NCBI GenBank assembly: GCA_051313645.2
Contig: JBNRSN020000001.1
Span: 156,922,001 to 156,986,000 of the forward strand
Source of the DNA: Centroscyllium fabricii
Taxonomy: Eukaryota
Direction: 5' to 3'
DNA length: 64,000 nucleotides
Shown here: positions 1 through 13,109 of the stretch, one piece after another
How positions within the stretch are numbered: the first letter of the stretch is position 1
Layout of the letters: each line of letters opens with the position of its first letter
Program-made: the position numbers and the translations under genes
The notes under the pieces: generated by a model
The model's input: the letters and a program-made list of their open reading frames with translations, nothing else
What the model was told of the DNA's origin: nothing
The model's database searches: none

Positions 1-402
1 TTCGGTGGAGAGGAGGAAGGCAGTTCCTTATGCACAACTCAAAAGAAGGAGTGGAAACATAGAACCCGAGGATCCTAAGATAAGTATCGAGGTGAAGTAT
101 CTATGTATCTAATATTTAGGGTCTTGGGGTTAAAAACTTGGAGGCTTAACAGCACCCATTACCAGCATAAAATGGCACAAAGAGGGTGGCCGCTTTCCCC
201 CTTTGTGTTTTGTGATCTCAGTGGTTCTTGCTAAGTTTGAGTAAATAATTAGTCCTTGGTAAATTCGCTTTGAGGAGCAAAGGAAATAACAGTGTAATTT
301 AATATATTAAAATAGTTTAGACTTAGTTAACAGCAATTACATAAATAATCACCTATCTACAGAGTTTTTTTTAAGTTTCTAATTACAAGAGCAGGTCAGA
401 GG

Positions 403-958
403 CTAGGTATTCTGCGGCGAGTGACTCACCTCCTGACTCCCCAAAGCCTTTCCACCATTTACAAGGCACAAGTCAGGAGTGTAACTTGCAGCTCCAACAA
501 CACTTAAGGAACTCGACACCATCCAGGACAAAGCAGCCCACTTGATTGGCACCCCATTCACCACCTTAAACATTGTCTCCTTCCACTGCCGGCACACCGT
601 GGCTGCAGTGTGTGCCATTTACAAAATGCACTGCAGGAACTCGCCAAGGCTTTTTTGACAGTACCTCCCAAGCCCGTGACCTGTCCCACCTAGAAAGACA
701 AGGGCAGCAGGTGCATGGGAACACCACCACCTGCAAGTTTGTCTCCAAGTCTGACTCCTGACTTGGAAATATGTTGCTGTTCCTTCATCGTCGTGGGTCA
801 AAACTCCTTACCTAACAGCACTGTGGGAGTACCTTCACCACATGGACTGCATTGGTTCAAGATGGCGGCTCACCACCACCTTCTCAAGGGCAATTAGGGA
901 TGGGCAATAAATGCTGACCTTGCCAAAGACGCTCACATCCCATGAATTAATTAAAAAA
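403..958 (+). mobile_element. 3' end of a degenerate non-LTR LINE (CR1/L2 group) with A-rich tail
   Basis: Broken frame reads LGILRRVTHLLTPQSLSTIYKAQVRSV..AAPTTLKELDTIQDKAAHLIG, an RT C-terminal region typical of a common shark LINE. Ends ...catcccatgaattaattaaaaaaa. Confidence 0.7.
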
Positions 959-964
959 ATTAGA

Positions 965-1974
965 ATGGAAGGACAGCTGCAATTCCTGCGCCATGTGGGA
1001 CCTTCAGTTCGCTCAATGTGTCACAGAGACCCATGTGTGTTAGAAGTGCCTCCAGCTGCTTGAACTCAAGCTAAGGGTTTCTCAGCTTGATGGGCAGCTG
1101 GATTCACTGCAAGGTATATGGATGGCTGAATGTTTCCTGGATCGCAGGTTCCAGGAAGTGGTCACCCCACAGCCAGATAGAGTTCAGAATAACAAGTGGG
1201 AGGCCACCCAAAAGGGTAGGAAGAGTCAAGCAGTGCAGAAATCCTCTGGGAATGTGGCACTCTCAAACCAGTATTCAGCATTGATGGCACCTCAAAGGAG
1301 TGCAGTTCCAAGCCTGTCACCATGAGGCAGAGGACTGCACAGGGGTGTACAGGAAAGTGTAGGAACGCAGCAGTAATTGGGGATTCAATAGTCAGGGGGC
1401 CAGACAGGCAATTCTGCTACCACCGACATGAGTCCCTGGTGCCAGGACAAAGGACATCACAGAGAGGGTGCAGAACATTCTGAAAGGGAAAGGTGAAGAG
1501 CCAGCCCACGTTGGAACCAATGACAGAGGGAAGAAGAGGGTTGAGGTCCTGGAGTCTGAGTTAGGGAGGAACTTAAAAAGCAGGACCTCAAAGGTTGTAA
1601 TCTCTGGATTACTCCCAGTGCCACACACTAGTGAGAATACAAATAGGAGGATAAGGGAGGTTAATGCATGGCTAGAGACATGGTGCAGGAAGGAGTGCTC
1701 GAGATTCCTGGGACATTAGGACCAGTTATGTAGCACGAGGAACCTGTTCAGATGGACGGGTTGTACCTGAACAGAAATGGGACAAATACCCTCACGGGCA
1801 GGTTAAATAGTGCTGTGGGGAAGGTTTAAACTAATTTGGCACCAAGATATATTGTTAAAAAGAGCAACAAGGTACATAGAGGACTGCAAGAGACAGTTTG
1901 AGTTAGAAATAATACATAATTAGGTGGGATCATAGAAAATACAAAGAGGTCAATGTGGCGAAGAAACACATAGG
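965..1974 (+). mobile_element. Degenerate CR1 LINE ORF1 (SGNH esterase-like), interrupted by Gypsy element A
   Basis: ORF 1468-1719 has HVGTND, VVISGLLPVP and REVNAWLETWCRKE, motifs of the CR1 ORF1 esterase domain. Frameshifts and stops are present. Confidence 0.75.
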
Positions 1975-2251
1975 GACAGTGACGTATCGTCAATATCTCT
2001 TAATAAAAGACTGGACGAGTAGTTACCGTAACTATAGGCTTTTAATAACTTACTTTGGAGCTACCCTCCGAACGAACATCAGAACAGAATGAGGGAGCCT
2101 CGGTCAGTCCGCACCTATAAAGGCCTCACCTGGGGGAGGAGTTAGAGGTGTGGCTGACCTAGCTCCACGACAGTACTACAGCAGTATTACAGGGCTGTGT
2201 ATCACACACAGCCAATTGTTGGCAACAATAATTCAGTGGTACATATACATA

Positions 2252-5200
2252 TTATGGGTTACCACATTCACCCCTTCTTGAAAATTTTAAGTCCGGGGGG
2301 GGTGAATGGACCGAGCAGTTCAATATCAGTTTGTCCGGCGGTCGTGTCAGCCTGGAGGACCGCCGGAGTTCCGGTGATGGTTCTTCGTGGTCCGTGCTGC
2401 TCGAGTCCGTTGGTGGTGACAGCGGCTCTGGTGCCGTGGTTTCGGATGGTGATGGTCTCAGATGGTCCGAGCTATCGGAGTGGTGGTCTTGGGCTGGCCA
2501 CGGCTGGGGCTCTGGAAACCTCGGAGGCCATCGTAGGTGTAGGGGGTGTTCTGGATACTGTGGCTGGGCGGGCTGCTGGCCGACCAGGGGCTCTGCTGCG
2601 GTGTTTCCTGCGGGCGCCAGGTCCCTAATTGAAACGGTGTCCTCACGCCCGTCCGGGAACCGTACAAACGCGTATTGCGGGTTCGCATGCAGGAGCTGCA
2701 CCTTGTCCACCAGGGGGTCGGTCTTGTGGCCACGGATGTGTCTCCTAAGGAAGACCGGCCCCGGTGTTGTGAGCCATGGAGGAAGAGCTGTCCCCGAAGT
2801 CGACTTCCTGGGAAAAGCAAAAATCAAATCATGAGGGGTGGCGTTAGTGGCCGTACACAGGAGAGAGCGTATAGAATGCAGCGCGTCTGGGAGGACTGCC
2901 TGCCAATGGGCCACTGGAAGGCCTCTGGACTTCAGAGCCAGGGTGACCGCCTTCCAGATGATCCCATTCTCCCTTTCTACCTGGCCGTTCCCCCGGGGGT
3001 TATAACTGGTCGTTCTGCTCGTGGCAACCCCTTTCTGGAGCAGAAACTGACGCAGTTCATCGCTCATGAACGATGACCCCCGGTCGCTATGGATGTGGCT
3101 GGGGAGACCAAAAATGGCGAACAGCGTGGTGAAGTGTTTTATCACCGTTGCGCTCGTCATATCTGCGCAGGGGAAGGCGAAGGGGAAGCGGGAGAACTCG
3201 TCTACGAACGTGAGGAAGTATGAGTTGCGGTCGGTGGTGGGGAGGGGGCCTTTGAAGTCCACGCTGAGACGTTCAAAGGGGCGGGTGGCCTTAATGAGGT
3301 GCACCGTGTCTGGCCGGAAAAATTGGGGTTTGCACTCGGCGCAAACAGGGCACTCTCGGGTCATAGCCTTGATCTCCGTGATGGAGTAGGGGAGGCTACG
3401 GGATCTAACGAAGTGGGCGAGTCTGGTGACACCCGGGTGGCAAAGGCAGTCGTGGAGGTCCTTCAGCCGGTCTAGCTGGGCACTGGCGCAGGTTCCCCTG
3501 GACAGTGCGTCCGGGGTTTCATTGAGTTTGCCTGGTCGGTAAAGAATGTCGTACTCGTAAGTCGAGAGTTCGATCCGCCACCGCAGGATCTTATCATTCT
3601 TGATCTTACCCTTCTGTTTATTATTAAACATAAACGCCACCGACCGTTGGTCGGTGAGAAGGGTAAAATGCTTACCGGCCAGGTAATGACGCCAGTAGCG
3701 CACGGCCTCCACGATGGCCTGGGCCTCCTTTTCCACTGCAGAGTGGCGAGTTTCGGGTCCCTGTAGGGTGCGGGAGAAAAACGCTACGGGCCTGCCTGCC
3801 TGATTCAGGGTGGCAGCAAGGGCGAAGTCCGAAGCGTCGCTCTCCACCTGGAAGGGAATGGATTCATCAACAGCGAGCATGGTCGCCTTGATGATGTCTT
3901 CCTTTATCCGGGCGAATGCCGTTTGGGCTTCTACCGAAAAGGGGGAACACGGCAGCCTTGAGGAGTGGTCTAGCCTTGTCCGCGAACTGTGGGACCCATT
4001 GTGCGTAATAGGAGAAAACTCCTAGGCATCTCCTCAAGGCTTTAGGGTTGTGAGGTAGGGGCAGTTCTTGAAAGGGTCGCATACGCTGTGGGTCGGGGCC
4101 GAGGACCCCGTTTTCCACCACGTATCCGAGGATGGCAAGCCGGTCTGTATTAAAGACACATTTGTCTTTGTTATACGTGAGGTCCAGCTTGTCCGCCGTG
4201 TCGAAGAATTTGGCCAGATTGGCATCGTGGTCCTGCTGGTCGTGGCCGCAGATGGTCACGTTGTCCAGGTAAGGGAAAGTGGCCTGCAACTCGTTCTGGT
4301 CAACCATGCGGTCCATCTCCCTTTGCAACACTGACACTCCGTTGGTCACGCCGAAGGGGACCCGGAGGAAGTGGTAGAGCCGACCGTTCGCCTCGAAGGC
4401 GGTGTAGGGGCGGTCGGCTTTCCGGATCGGGAGTTGGTGATACGCCGACTTAAGGTCGATCGTGGAGAACACCTTATATTGGGCGATCTGGTTGACCATT
4501 TCCGAGATGCGGGGGAGGGGGTAGGCGTCGAGCCCGGTGTAGCGGTTGATAGTCTGGCTGTAATCGATCACCAGCCGCTGTTTCTCGCCAGACTTCACCA
4601 CTACGACCTGGGCCCACCAGGGGCTGGTGCTGGCTTCAATTATCCCCTCCTTCAGCATACGCCCGACCTCCGACCTGATAAACGTGCGATCCCCCACACT
4701 GTACCGCCGACTCTTGGTAGCAATAGGTTTGCACTTGGGGTCGAGGTTGGCGAACAGTGAGGGGGGGTCGATTTTCAGGGTGGAGAGGCCGCAGGCCGGG
4801 CTCCGCTTTGGGAAGGGACTGTCCCGGCTACTGACGGTGAGGGGGGGCAAGGTCCCGCCGAACTCCATTGTCACGCTCTTGAGGTGGCACTGGAAATCGA
4901 GACCTAGTAAGGCTGGGGCACACAACTGCTGGAGGGTGTACAATTTAAAATTACGGTACACGCACCCCTTGACTGTGAGCGTGACGGAGCAGTAGCCGGT
5001 GACGTCCGCGGTGTGGGACTTTGAAGCAAGGGAGACTTGGTAATTCGTGGGCAGGATCTGCAGTCCGCAGCGCTGCACTGTATCGGGGTGCACAAAGCTC
5101 TCCGTGCTTCCAGTGTCAAATAGGCAATCGATAATATTGCCGTTTATTTTAATAGGCGTTATCGAATTCGACAGAGTGTGTGGCCTGTCCTGGTCCACTC

Positions 5201-6521
5201 TGGGTATGGCTGAAGCCGACGTATACTTTTGTGTGTGGGGGCCCCTTGCTGGTTGGGGCTGTACACAAAATGGCGGCGCCCCTGGCTCACACATGGTGGG
5301 GCCTTTGAGACAAAATGGCGGCGCCCCTGGCTCGCACATGGCGGGCCGCTGGGGACAAAATGGCGGCGCCGAGGGGTCGCACATGTTGGGCCGCTGGGGT
5401 CGAGATGGCGGCGCCCGTGGTTCGCACGCGGCTGACCGCTGTGAGCGTGCTGGCGGCGCCCGTGGTTCGCACGCAGCGGGCCGCAGTGACTGGGTTGGCG
5501 GCGCCCGTGGTTCGCACGCAGCGGGCCGCGGTGGTCGGGTTGGCGGTGCCCGTGATTCGCACGCAGCCGGCCGCGTTGGGTCTGCTGCTGGCGTTGGGGG
5601 GTCGCGCTTTGCCGGCCTTTGCCGCATCGGGGTGGGAGCTGGGGGCGCTTCCCTTCTACCCCCGGACCGTCGCTGGATCGCGCTGGTATTGCAGCTTACC
5701 TGAGGTCTGTCGGAGCTTTCACAGGCTGCGCTGTTGTACCTGGCGTTGGGCGCTGCTGGTGCTGATCTGCAAGCCTTTGCGTAGTGTCCCTTTTTGGCGC
5801 ACCTCTCGCAGGTCGCGGTCCTTGCTGGGCATCTCGCTCACGGGTGCAGTCCCTGGCCGCAGAAATAGCAGTGTTTGTCCTTTGTGGCTGTCGCAGCTAT
5901 CGTGGGGGTCTCGACCCGTTGTGGTGCTGCCCAGGCCTGGGCCCGTTGTGGCGTGGCCCACATGTCGTAGGCCTGCGGGTTTGTGCTGCTGTACGCCTGC
6001 AATTTATTGCGTGCTCCTTCAACGGAGTTAGCTATGGCGATAGCCTCTTCCAGAGACAAAGAGTCTTTTTCGAGCAGCCGCTGGCGGGCTTCCACGCACC
6101 TCAGGCCGGTTACGTACGCGTCTCGGACGAGGAGGTTCGCCTCCTCTTCTGCTGTCCGGGCTTGGCAGCCACAGACCCGTACCAGGGCCTGGAGCGCTTG
6201 CTCAAACTGTTCGTTGGTCTCACCCGGTAGTTGTGGTCTGGTCGCGAGCACATGTCTGGCGTAGACCGAATGGACCGGGCGCTCGTAGCATTTCCTCAGC
6301 TTTTCCACTGCCCCTGGATAGGTTTTGGCGTCTCGGATGAGGGAGAATACTCGGCTGGAGATCCTAGACCGGAGAACCTGTTACTTGTTCACGTCGGTTG
6401 TAGCCTTGGCGGCGTCCATATAGGCCTCCAGGAGACCGAACCAGTGTTCAAACGTGGTGGCGGCAGCTGGGTCCTGTGGACTGATATCCAGCTTTTCTGG
6501 CTTTACTGCACCGCTCTCCAT
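2252..6521 (-). pseudogene. gag-pol of element A (Gag with double CCHC, protease, RT, RNase H, integrase), disrupted
   Basis: CYFCGQGLHP..CERCAKKGHYAKAC; LFDTGS; IDLKSAYHQ; YLDN; ESDASD; HxxxxH..CPVC; VDF/SDRG/VERENG. Stops in gag and a frameshift near 3950. Confidence 0.92.
5262..5580 (-). repeat. 45-bp coding tandem repeat (PAACEPRAPP..) in the gag-protease linker of A
   Basis: About 7 units visible in ORF 3867-5627. Several contain the YY1-like motif AAAATGGCGGC. Confidence 0.85.
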
Positions 6522-6607
6522 TTCAAAATTTTTAAGTTATTAAAATTGACGTATCGTCAATATCTCTTAATAAAAGACTGGACGAGTAGTTACCGTAACT
6601 ATAGGCT

Positions 6608-6852
6608 TGTGGCGGTACGCCCACGGGGACATCGAATCCGCCACGGAGACTCCGCGGAGCAAAGCCCCGCTCATCCGGGTGACGCGACGACGTCATCACG
6701 TCGGCCGACACGATGACGTCACCAACCGCGGGACCGTTTAAATATGCCTGTCTCGAGTGGTTCAGTCTCTTTCTTGTTTTGTACTAGTGATTAAAGCTGT
6801 GTTTTTCTCTAGCTCTGGCTCACGTGTGGTTCCTAGGCCTGCCGGCGCTACA
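6608..6852 (+). mobile_element. Solo LTR of a CsRn1-type Gypsy family inserted in the 5' LTR of A
   Basis: TGTGGCG...GCTACA with 4-bp TSD GGCT. Shares TGTGGCG..ACGCCCA and AACCGCGGGACC..TTTAAATA with the LTR at 55550-55827. Confidence 0.88.
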
Positions 6853-7104
6853 GGCTTTTAATAACTTACTTTGGAGCTACCCTCCGAACGAACATCAGAA
6901 CAGAATGAGGGAGCCTCGGTCAGTCCGCACCTATAAAGGCCTCACCTGGGGGAGGGGTTAGAGGTGTGGCTGACCTGGCTCCACGACAGTATTACAGCAG
7001 TATTACAGGGCTGTGTATCACACACAGCCAATTGTTGGCAACAATAATTCAGTGGTACATATACATATTATGGGTTACCACAGACAGTAACACAATTCAC
7101 TATG

Positions 7105-8593
7105 TGTAGCCAATGTTATCGCTCCACGTTATGTACGGAACTTGGTTGGGTTATCGGGGCAGAGTCCCTTTAAGAGTCGTCGATGGGTGATGAGGTCATA
7201 GCCCTGCGACGAGGCCGAGTCCCTCAGTCCGTACGGAGAGTTAATAAAGCTAACACATGTTTTTCTTTGCTGCTACGAAAGTCTCGCAGTCTGTTTATTT
7301 CCAGTGACTCCTACATTGGAAACGTCCAAAAGAGAAACGGGGTCATCAAAGACTTTATCCGAGATGGCGACGAACACCGTTTCTCTCAAATTACTGGAGT
7401 TTTGGGAATGACAGGCTGCCGCTTGGTTCACCCAGGCCGAGGCTCAGTTTGCACTCCAGGACATCACCGCGGACGACACAAAGTATTATTATGTCGTCTC
7501 TGCTCTTGGCAGCTCCACCGCGGCCAGAGTCATGAGCCTGCTCGAGGACCCACCGGAGCACCACAAATATGCGACGCTGAGAACGCACCTCCGAGAAATT
7601 TATGGACTAATTGAACCCGAGCGCGCACGCCAGCTTCTCTCTCTACCCAGGCTTGGCGACTCCAAGCCCTCAGAACTGATGGGCCACATGTTAACCGTCC
7701 TGGGCAGGCACAAGCCATGCTTCCTCTTCAGAAAACTGTTCCTACAACAGCTGCAGGGCAGGTATGGTCGGCTTTAGCCAACTCTGATATTAGTGATTTC
7801 CGTGCCCTGGCCAAGGAGGCCAACAAATTTTTCTCTGCCGGGCAACAGTACTGCGTGTTCACCCACCTCCTCACGATGGTTGACAGAACCACCCGATGGC
7901 CAGAAGCCGTTCCGCTGTCTTCAACAACGTCCACCGATGTGGCTTGGGCATTCATCAACACTTGCGTCACCCGGTTCGGCGCCCCATCTGGCGTCTCCTC
8001 CGACTTGGGGCCCCAGTTCACGTCGGAGCTCTGGAACACTGTCACCCAAGGCCTCAGGTTGAGGCTCCACTGGACCACCGTATAGCATCCTCAGGCTAAC
8101 GTGCTGTGCGAATGGTTTCATCGCTCCATGAAGGCCGCACTCCGGGCCAGCCTCCGAGACGACAGTTGGATCAACAGACTCCCGTGGGTCATGCTGGGAC
8201 TCAGGACCACCCCCAAGGAGGACATCCAGTCCTCGTCCGCCGAGCTCATCTACGGGCAGCCGCTGCGGGTTCCCGGGGAATTCGGCCCCAACACCACGGA
8301 CCCTTGGTCCGCAGCCTGTCAGCGGTCCGTCTTCCTGGACGCCAAGGTTTTCACGCTGGTGCCCACGCCGCAGTATGGTCTCCCTCAGTCCCACGTTTTG
8401 CCCGACCTTCGTGCGGCAGAGTACGTTTTCGTTCACCACGACGCCCACCGGGGACCTCTTCACCCACCCTACGACGGACCATTCTGTGTCCTGGAAGCCG
8501 GGGACAAGGCCTTCTTGGTGAATGTCGGCGGTAAGCCGGACTACATTTCCGTGGACCGTCTTAAGCCAGCCCACCTGGACCTCGACCGACCAA
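7105..8593 (+). mobile_element. Internally deleted, 3'-truncated CsRn1-type Gypsy element (LTR, gag, integrase core)
   Basis: LTR TGTAGC..CTACA at 7105-7315. gag MATNTVSLKLLEFWE*QAAAWF.. joins directly to integrase THLLTMVDRTTRWPEAVP..PYDGPF..SVDRLKPAH. Protease, RT and RNase H are missing. Confidence 0.85.
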
Positions 8594-9340
8594 TCTTCAG
8601 TTTGCCAGTGCAGCCTTCGGTCGCCTGAGGAAGAGAGTGTTTGAAGACCAGGACCTCAAACCCGGTACCAAGCTCATGGTCTACAGAGCAGCAGTGATAC
8701 CCATGCTGCTGTATGTCTCAGAGACATGGACCATGTACAGCAGGCACCTGAAAGCACTGGAGAGGTACCACCAACGCTGCCTCCGCAAGATCCTGCAAAT
8801 CCATTGGCAGGATAGGCGCACCATCGTCAGTCTTCTTGCTCAGGCCAACATCCCCAGCATCAAAGCTTTGACCACGCTCGATCAGCTCTGATGGACGGGT
8901 CACATCATCCGCATGCCCGATACTAGACTCCCAAAACAAGCGCTCTACTCGGAGCTCCAGCACGGCATGAGAGCCCCAGGTGGGCAGAAGATATGCTTCA
9001 AGGACACCCTCAAAGCCTCCTTGAAAAAGTGCAACATCCCCAGTGACACCTGGGAATTCCTGGCCCAAGACCGCACAAAGTGGAGGAGAGGCATCCGGGA
9101 AGGCGCCAAACACCTTGTGTCTCTTCTCCGGGAGCAAGCGGAAGCCAAACGCAAGCAGCGCATGAAGTACACATCAACTCAAGCACCCCACCAACCCGCC
9201 CCTTCAGCCAACATCTGCCCCGCCTGTGACAGAGACTGTAGGTCCCGATTTGGACTCATCAGTCACCTGAGAACTCATTTTTAACGTGGAAGCAAGGCAT
9301 CCTCGGTTCTGAGGGACTGCCTGAGACTGAAGAGACTGAT
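8594..9340 (+). mobile_element. 5'-truncated RTE-clade LINE (3' end of ORF)
   Basis: TKLMVYRAAVIPMLLYVSETWT..YHQRCLRKILQIHWQD, MPDTRLPKQALYSEL and a C-terminal CxxC..HLRTH zinc finger, followed by a short tandem tail. Confidence 0.88.
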
Positions 9341-10430
9341 AGGTGAGTGGATCTTGGGATGGGATTGGATCCAGGCAGCAGAGCTTTAAATGAATTGACG
9401 TTTTTGGGAGCTAGATGGGAGAGGGTGCAAAAGGCATGAATGTGGGTTTCAGTGGCAGATGAACTGAGGTAGGGGTGGAGGTGGGCCATGTCAGCTAGCA
9501 TGGGAGCCAGGAAGAGAAGTTAGGTGGACAGTTGTTTAGTGGGACTGGGGTTAAGGGAGTAGGAGGTGTTTTTCATGAACAAGATGAACTTGGCGAGGTC
9601 ATAAGGAGACATAGGAGAGAAACTGGAGAAAGACGCAGGTACAGGGCTAGGGCAAGGGAGAGACTTTGCTTGGTCGTCAAAGGAAAAGGACGTGAAGCAG
9701 CAGAGGGCGAATGGATGCTCTCAGCCTTAGAAGTCTATGAGATCCTCACACATTGTTGAAGATGAGAGTGGGGTGGACAGGATGCAGGAGGTATTGTGTC
9801 AAATGGAGCGCCAAAGGCGAGGCAGTTAGCAGTTTAAATCTGCAATTATAAGTAACTTAGGGGGAGTTTTTTCCAGGGTGGATGTAGAAGGAGGTGGGGT
9901 TGGAAGGGGGTAAGGGGATATGGGTGGTGAACGATACAAGGGAGTGAATGGAGATAGCCTTGTCTGTGATTGAGACCATGGGAGTAGAGAAGCTACAGGC
10001 GCTCCAAGATCAAGTGGGTGGCTGTGAATATGGGTAGGAGAGTTTCTAGGAAGGGAAAGGTTTAGGGAAGACAGCAGTGAATTTAGAGAGAAGGCAGGGG
10101 GAGCTGCGATGGAGATTAAAATCACTAAGGATGAGGAGACGCTCAGTACAGAAGCTAGGGGAGGAAAGGAGGCAGGATTGCACCGTGAAAAAAATCAGTT
10201 TTGGGCTTGGAAGAGGCAGTAGACAATGATTATTTAGAGGGGCGGTGAGAGGGATGGAGTAAGAGGAGGTGCACGAGGGAGAAGGTGGTACCAGATGAGC
10301 AGGGGAATGACCAAGGCGTGATTTTATGATAAGGTCCATACCACCACTGTGATTGTTTGGGTCGGACAGGTGGTGGAAAGAATAGCCAAACGGAGAATTT
10401 AGTAAGGTTCTGTGTCAGGAGCAGGAAAGG
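9341..10430 (-). mobile_element. Degenerate L2-type LINE fragment (endonuclease region)
   Basis: Minus-strand remnants ERLLILSDFNLH and PTHIHSHPLDL resemble the APE endonuclease motifs (GDFN, H..LDL). The coding strand is pyrimidine-rich. Confidence 0.6.
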
Positions 10431-10736
10431 TCATAGAAATAAAGGAACGTGAGTAGGCCATTCAGCCCCTCAAGCCTGTTCTGCCATTCAACTGAATCAG
10501 GGCTGATCTGTATCTTAACTCCATTTACCTGCCTTGGTTCCGTCACCCTCAATACCCTTACCTAACAAAAATCTATCAATCTCAATTTAGAAATTTTCAA
10601 TTGCCTCAACGGCATTTTGGGGAGAGAGTTCCAGATTTTCACTACCCTTTGTGTGAAGGTCTTTCTGACACCACCCCTAAATAGCCTAGCTCTCATTGTA
10701 ACGGTTATGCGCTCTTGTTCTGGATTCTCCCACCAG

Positions 10737-11805
10737 CGTGTAGGAATTCTACCTTATAACATTTTTAGAAAAATATACTACCTTATAAGGAATTCTACCT
10801 TATAACTTCTTTAAAAACCATGACAAGCTGGATTTGGAAATCCTAGCTAAGAAAGAATTCTGGCCTTGTTGGGACAGGACAGTTGTTGACCCTGAATAAG
10901 TAACCTTATTAAAAAAACAGGACAATGGTCAAACCTGAATAAATGATCTTGATTAAACTTCTTAAGAATGCCACATGATGTAAAGGATAACTAACGCACA
11001 AACAAAGGACATCTGCCCTTTGAACATAAATGGTAAACTCCCAATAACTACTGATGATGCAGCAGTATGACGTGCAGGGGTCAGCTAAAAGATGATGAGT
11101 GATAATTAATTTGCATCAACACAAACCTTATGAAATACAACTGAAAAAGGGTATAAATATTGAAGTCTCGAATGAGATAAACCACTCGCTTTAATAGGGC
11201 AAAGCGATTCTCGACTACATGGGCGGCTCTGTAGTCCTCCACTCTTTTGTACCTCGGGGATTGAAGGTAACTGCTACCTTGATAGTTGATGGATATCCTG
11301 TATAGAAAAGTTTAAGAACTGTAATACTGTAGCAAAGTGAAGATTTTAAAGTAAGACTCGCTTAAAAATAAGATTGTATTTTTTCTCATTTTAGAACTGT
11401 TAATGTTGCGATTGACTGATTCACCAACTGTAAATTGCATGTCGGCTCTTTTAATAAATCTCTATATTTTTAGAATTGTCTCGCATAAGTCATCTGTATC
11501 AATAACTCATGAAGCCAATCTCTGTATGCTCTTTGGTGAAGAGGTACATTTCTGAGAGGAGATCTCCGGACCCTTCCAATATCCGGGACGTTACAGTCTG
11601 GCTAAACTTAATAAAATGCTATCTGGAGGACGGTAACATTCTCAGGTTGCTCCTTTCCTTTAGAGAGAGATAGACCGGACCTTTAAACCCAGTTAAGCGT
11701 CTTTAGGATTTGGCTACCTCAACCTTAAGTTGAAAGTGAACGTCTGAGGAATACGCCTGATACGGGATAGTCCCAAAGGGGCTAGAACATGTAAATATCC
11801 TTTCA
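10737..11805 (+). mobile_element. Long solo LTR (about 1.07 kb), probably endogenous retrovirus
   Basis: Insert in the CR1 with 4-bp TSD CCAG. Ends CG(TG-like)..TCCTTTCA. TATAAA near 11152 and AATAAA near 11453. 20-bp direct repeat at 10741 and 10787. Confidence 0.6.
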
Positions 11806-11999
11806 CCAGATAAAATAGTTTCTTTCTATTTACCCTGTCAAATTCTTTAATCATCTTAAGCACCTCAATTAGATCACCCCTTAATCTTCCATATTCAAGA
11901 GAATACAAGCCTAGTCGATGCGACCTGTCCTCTTACTGTAACCCTTTTAACTCCAGTGTCATTCTGGTGAACCTGTGCTGCACCCCCTCCAAGGCCATT

Positions 12000-12820
12000 G
12001 GGCCCTGTTTTCCTGTGCTCCAGAGGAGCTGCACACTCACGAAGGGGGGTCAGAAATGCCCCGTGGGTGTGCAGCACGGGGGATGCCCACGAACGGTAAT
12101 TTCCTGTGCTGATGGGCAAGGCCCGTCAGCTTCCAACGCAGGAAGACCTTGCACTGACGATTTCCTGTCAGAACGGGTGATTTTTGGAGAGTGATTCCGT
12201 GTGCAACTGGCTCACAAGCTGCACACAGAAAAACGAGTAGTAAGAGGGAGAAGATTTAGTTATTGAAGCAGGTAAATTAATTTTTTAACTTTAATTTTAA
12301 TTTTTTACACTTTTTGGGAGTAGTGTGGCCAGATCGGTAGCGTTAAATTTTTAAGTTAAAGTTTTTTTTTTTAATTTACAAATCCGATTTTAAGTTAATT
12401 TACCTGTTTCAAATCGCTAATTTTTTAAGTTAAATTTCTGAAATGTTTAACTCTCTAGCTATTAAAAAATCTAAGAGGACAAAATGGGAGACTTACCTTC
12501 TGTTTCTTCCTCTGAGAAGCTGCTGGGCCCGCGCTGCTCCCCCGTCGAGTCTGTGAGTGCAGCTCCGCACTTCCCTGCTCTCACAAAGGTCCGACTCAGG
12601 ATCTGTTTATTTAAATTAGGGATCTGGGGGGCGTTTTTTATTTAAATTTGGGATCTGTGGGCAGGGCTTACACTGCGCACCTAGCGTGGCTGGACTGCCA
12701 CGCAGCACAGGAACGGGGAGGAAATTGACGTTCACACTTCTGTGCAATGTTGGTGCGTGCGATTAGGAGTCCCCAGGGTCCTAGCGCACGCACTAACCGG
12801 CACACAGGAAAACAGGGCCC
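12000..12820. mobile_element. Non-autonomous DNA transposon (MITE, PIF/Harbinger-like)
   Basis: Perfect 18-bp TIRs GGGCCCTGTTTTCCTGTG / CACAGGAAAACAGGGCCC interrupting the CR1. No clear TSD. Confidence 0.85.
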
Positions 12821-13109
12821 ATCCTTCCTGAGGTGCGGTGCCCAGAACTGAATCCGGTTCTCCAGATGGGGTCTCACCAGAGCTCTGTACAGCTGCAACC
12901 GAACTTCCACCCCTTTGTATTCCAGCCCTCTTGAAGTAAAGGCCAACATTCCATCAGGCTTTTAATTATTTTTTGTACTTATCCACTAGCTTTTAGTGAT
13001 TTCTGTACATGGAGCCCTATATCTCTCTGCTTATCCACAGTTCCTAGCTTCTCACCATTTAGAAAATACTCTGATCCATCCTTCTTAGGTCCAAAGTGGA
13101 TGACCTCAC

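Larger units (their letters stand above)
1980..7082 (-). mobile_element. Full-length Ty3/Gypsy LTR retrotransposon A (Mag-like)
   Basis: LTRs at 1980-2266 and 6547-7082 (the latter split by a solo LTR), TG..CA ends, about 3 mismatches by eye. 5-bp TSD GACAG at 1975-1979 and 7083-7087. PPT AAGAAGGGGTGAA. Confidence 0.95.

Noticed and set aside
5047-6031. Long overlapping antisense and alternative-frame ORFs (MAAPVVRT, GGARGSH repeats), also at 45227-45893 and 60818-61740
   Set aside because: Shadows of GC-rich, stop-free 45-bp repeats in gag-pol; no independent gene evidence.
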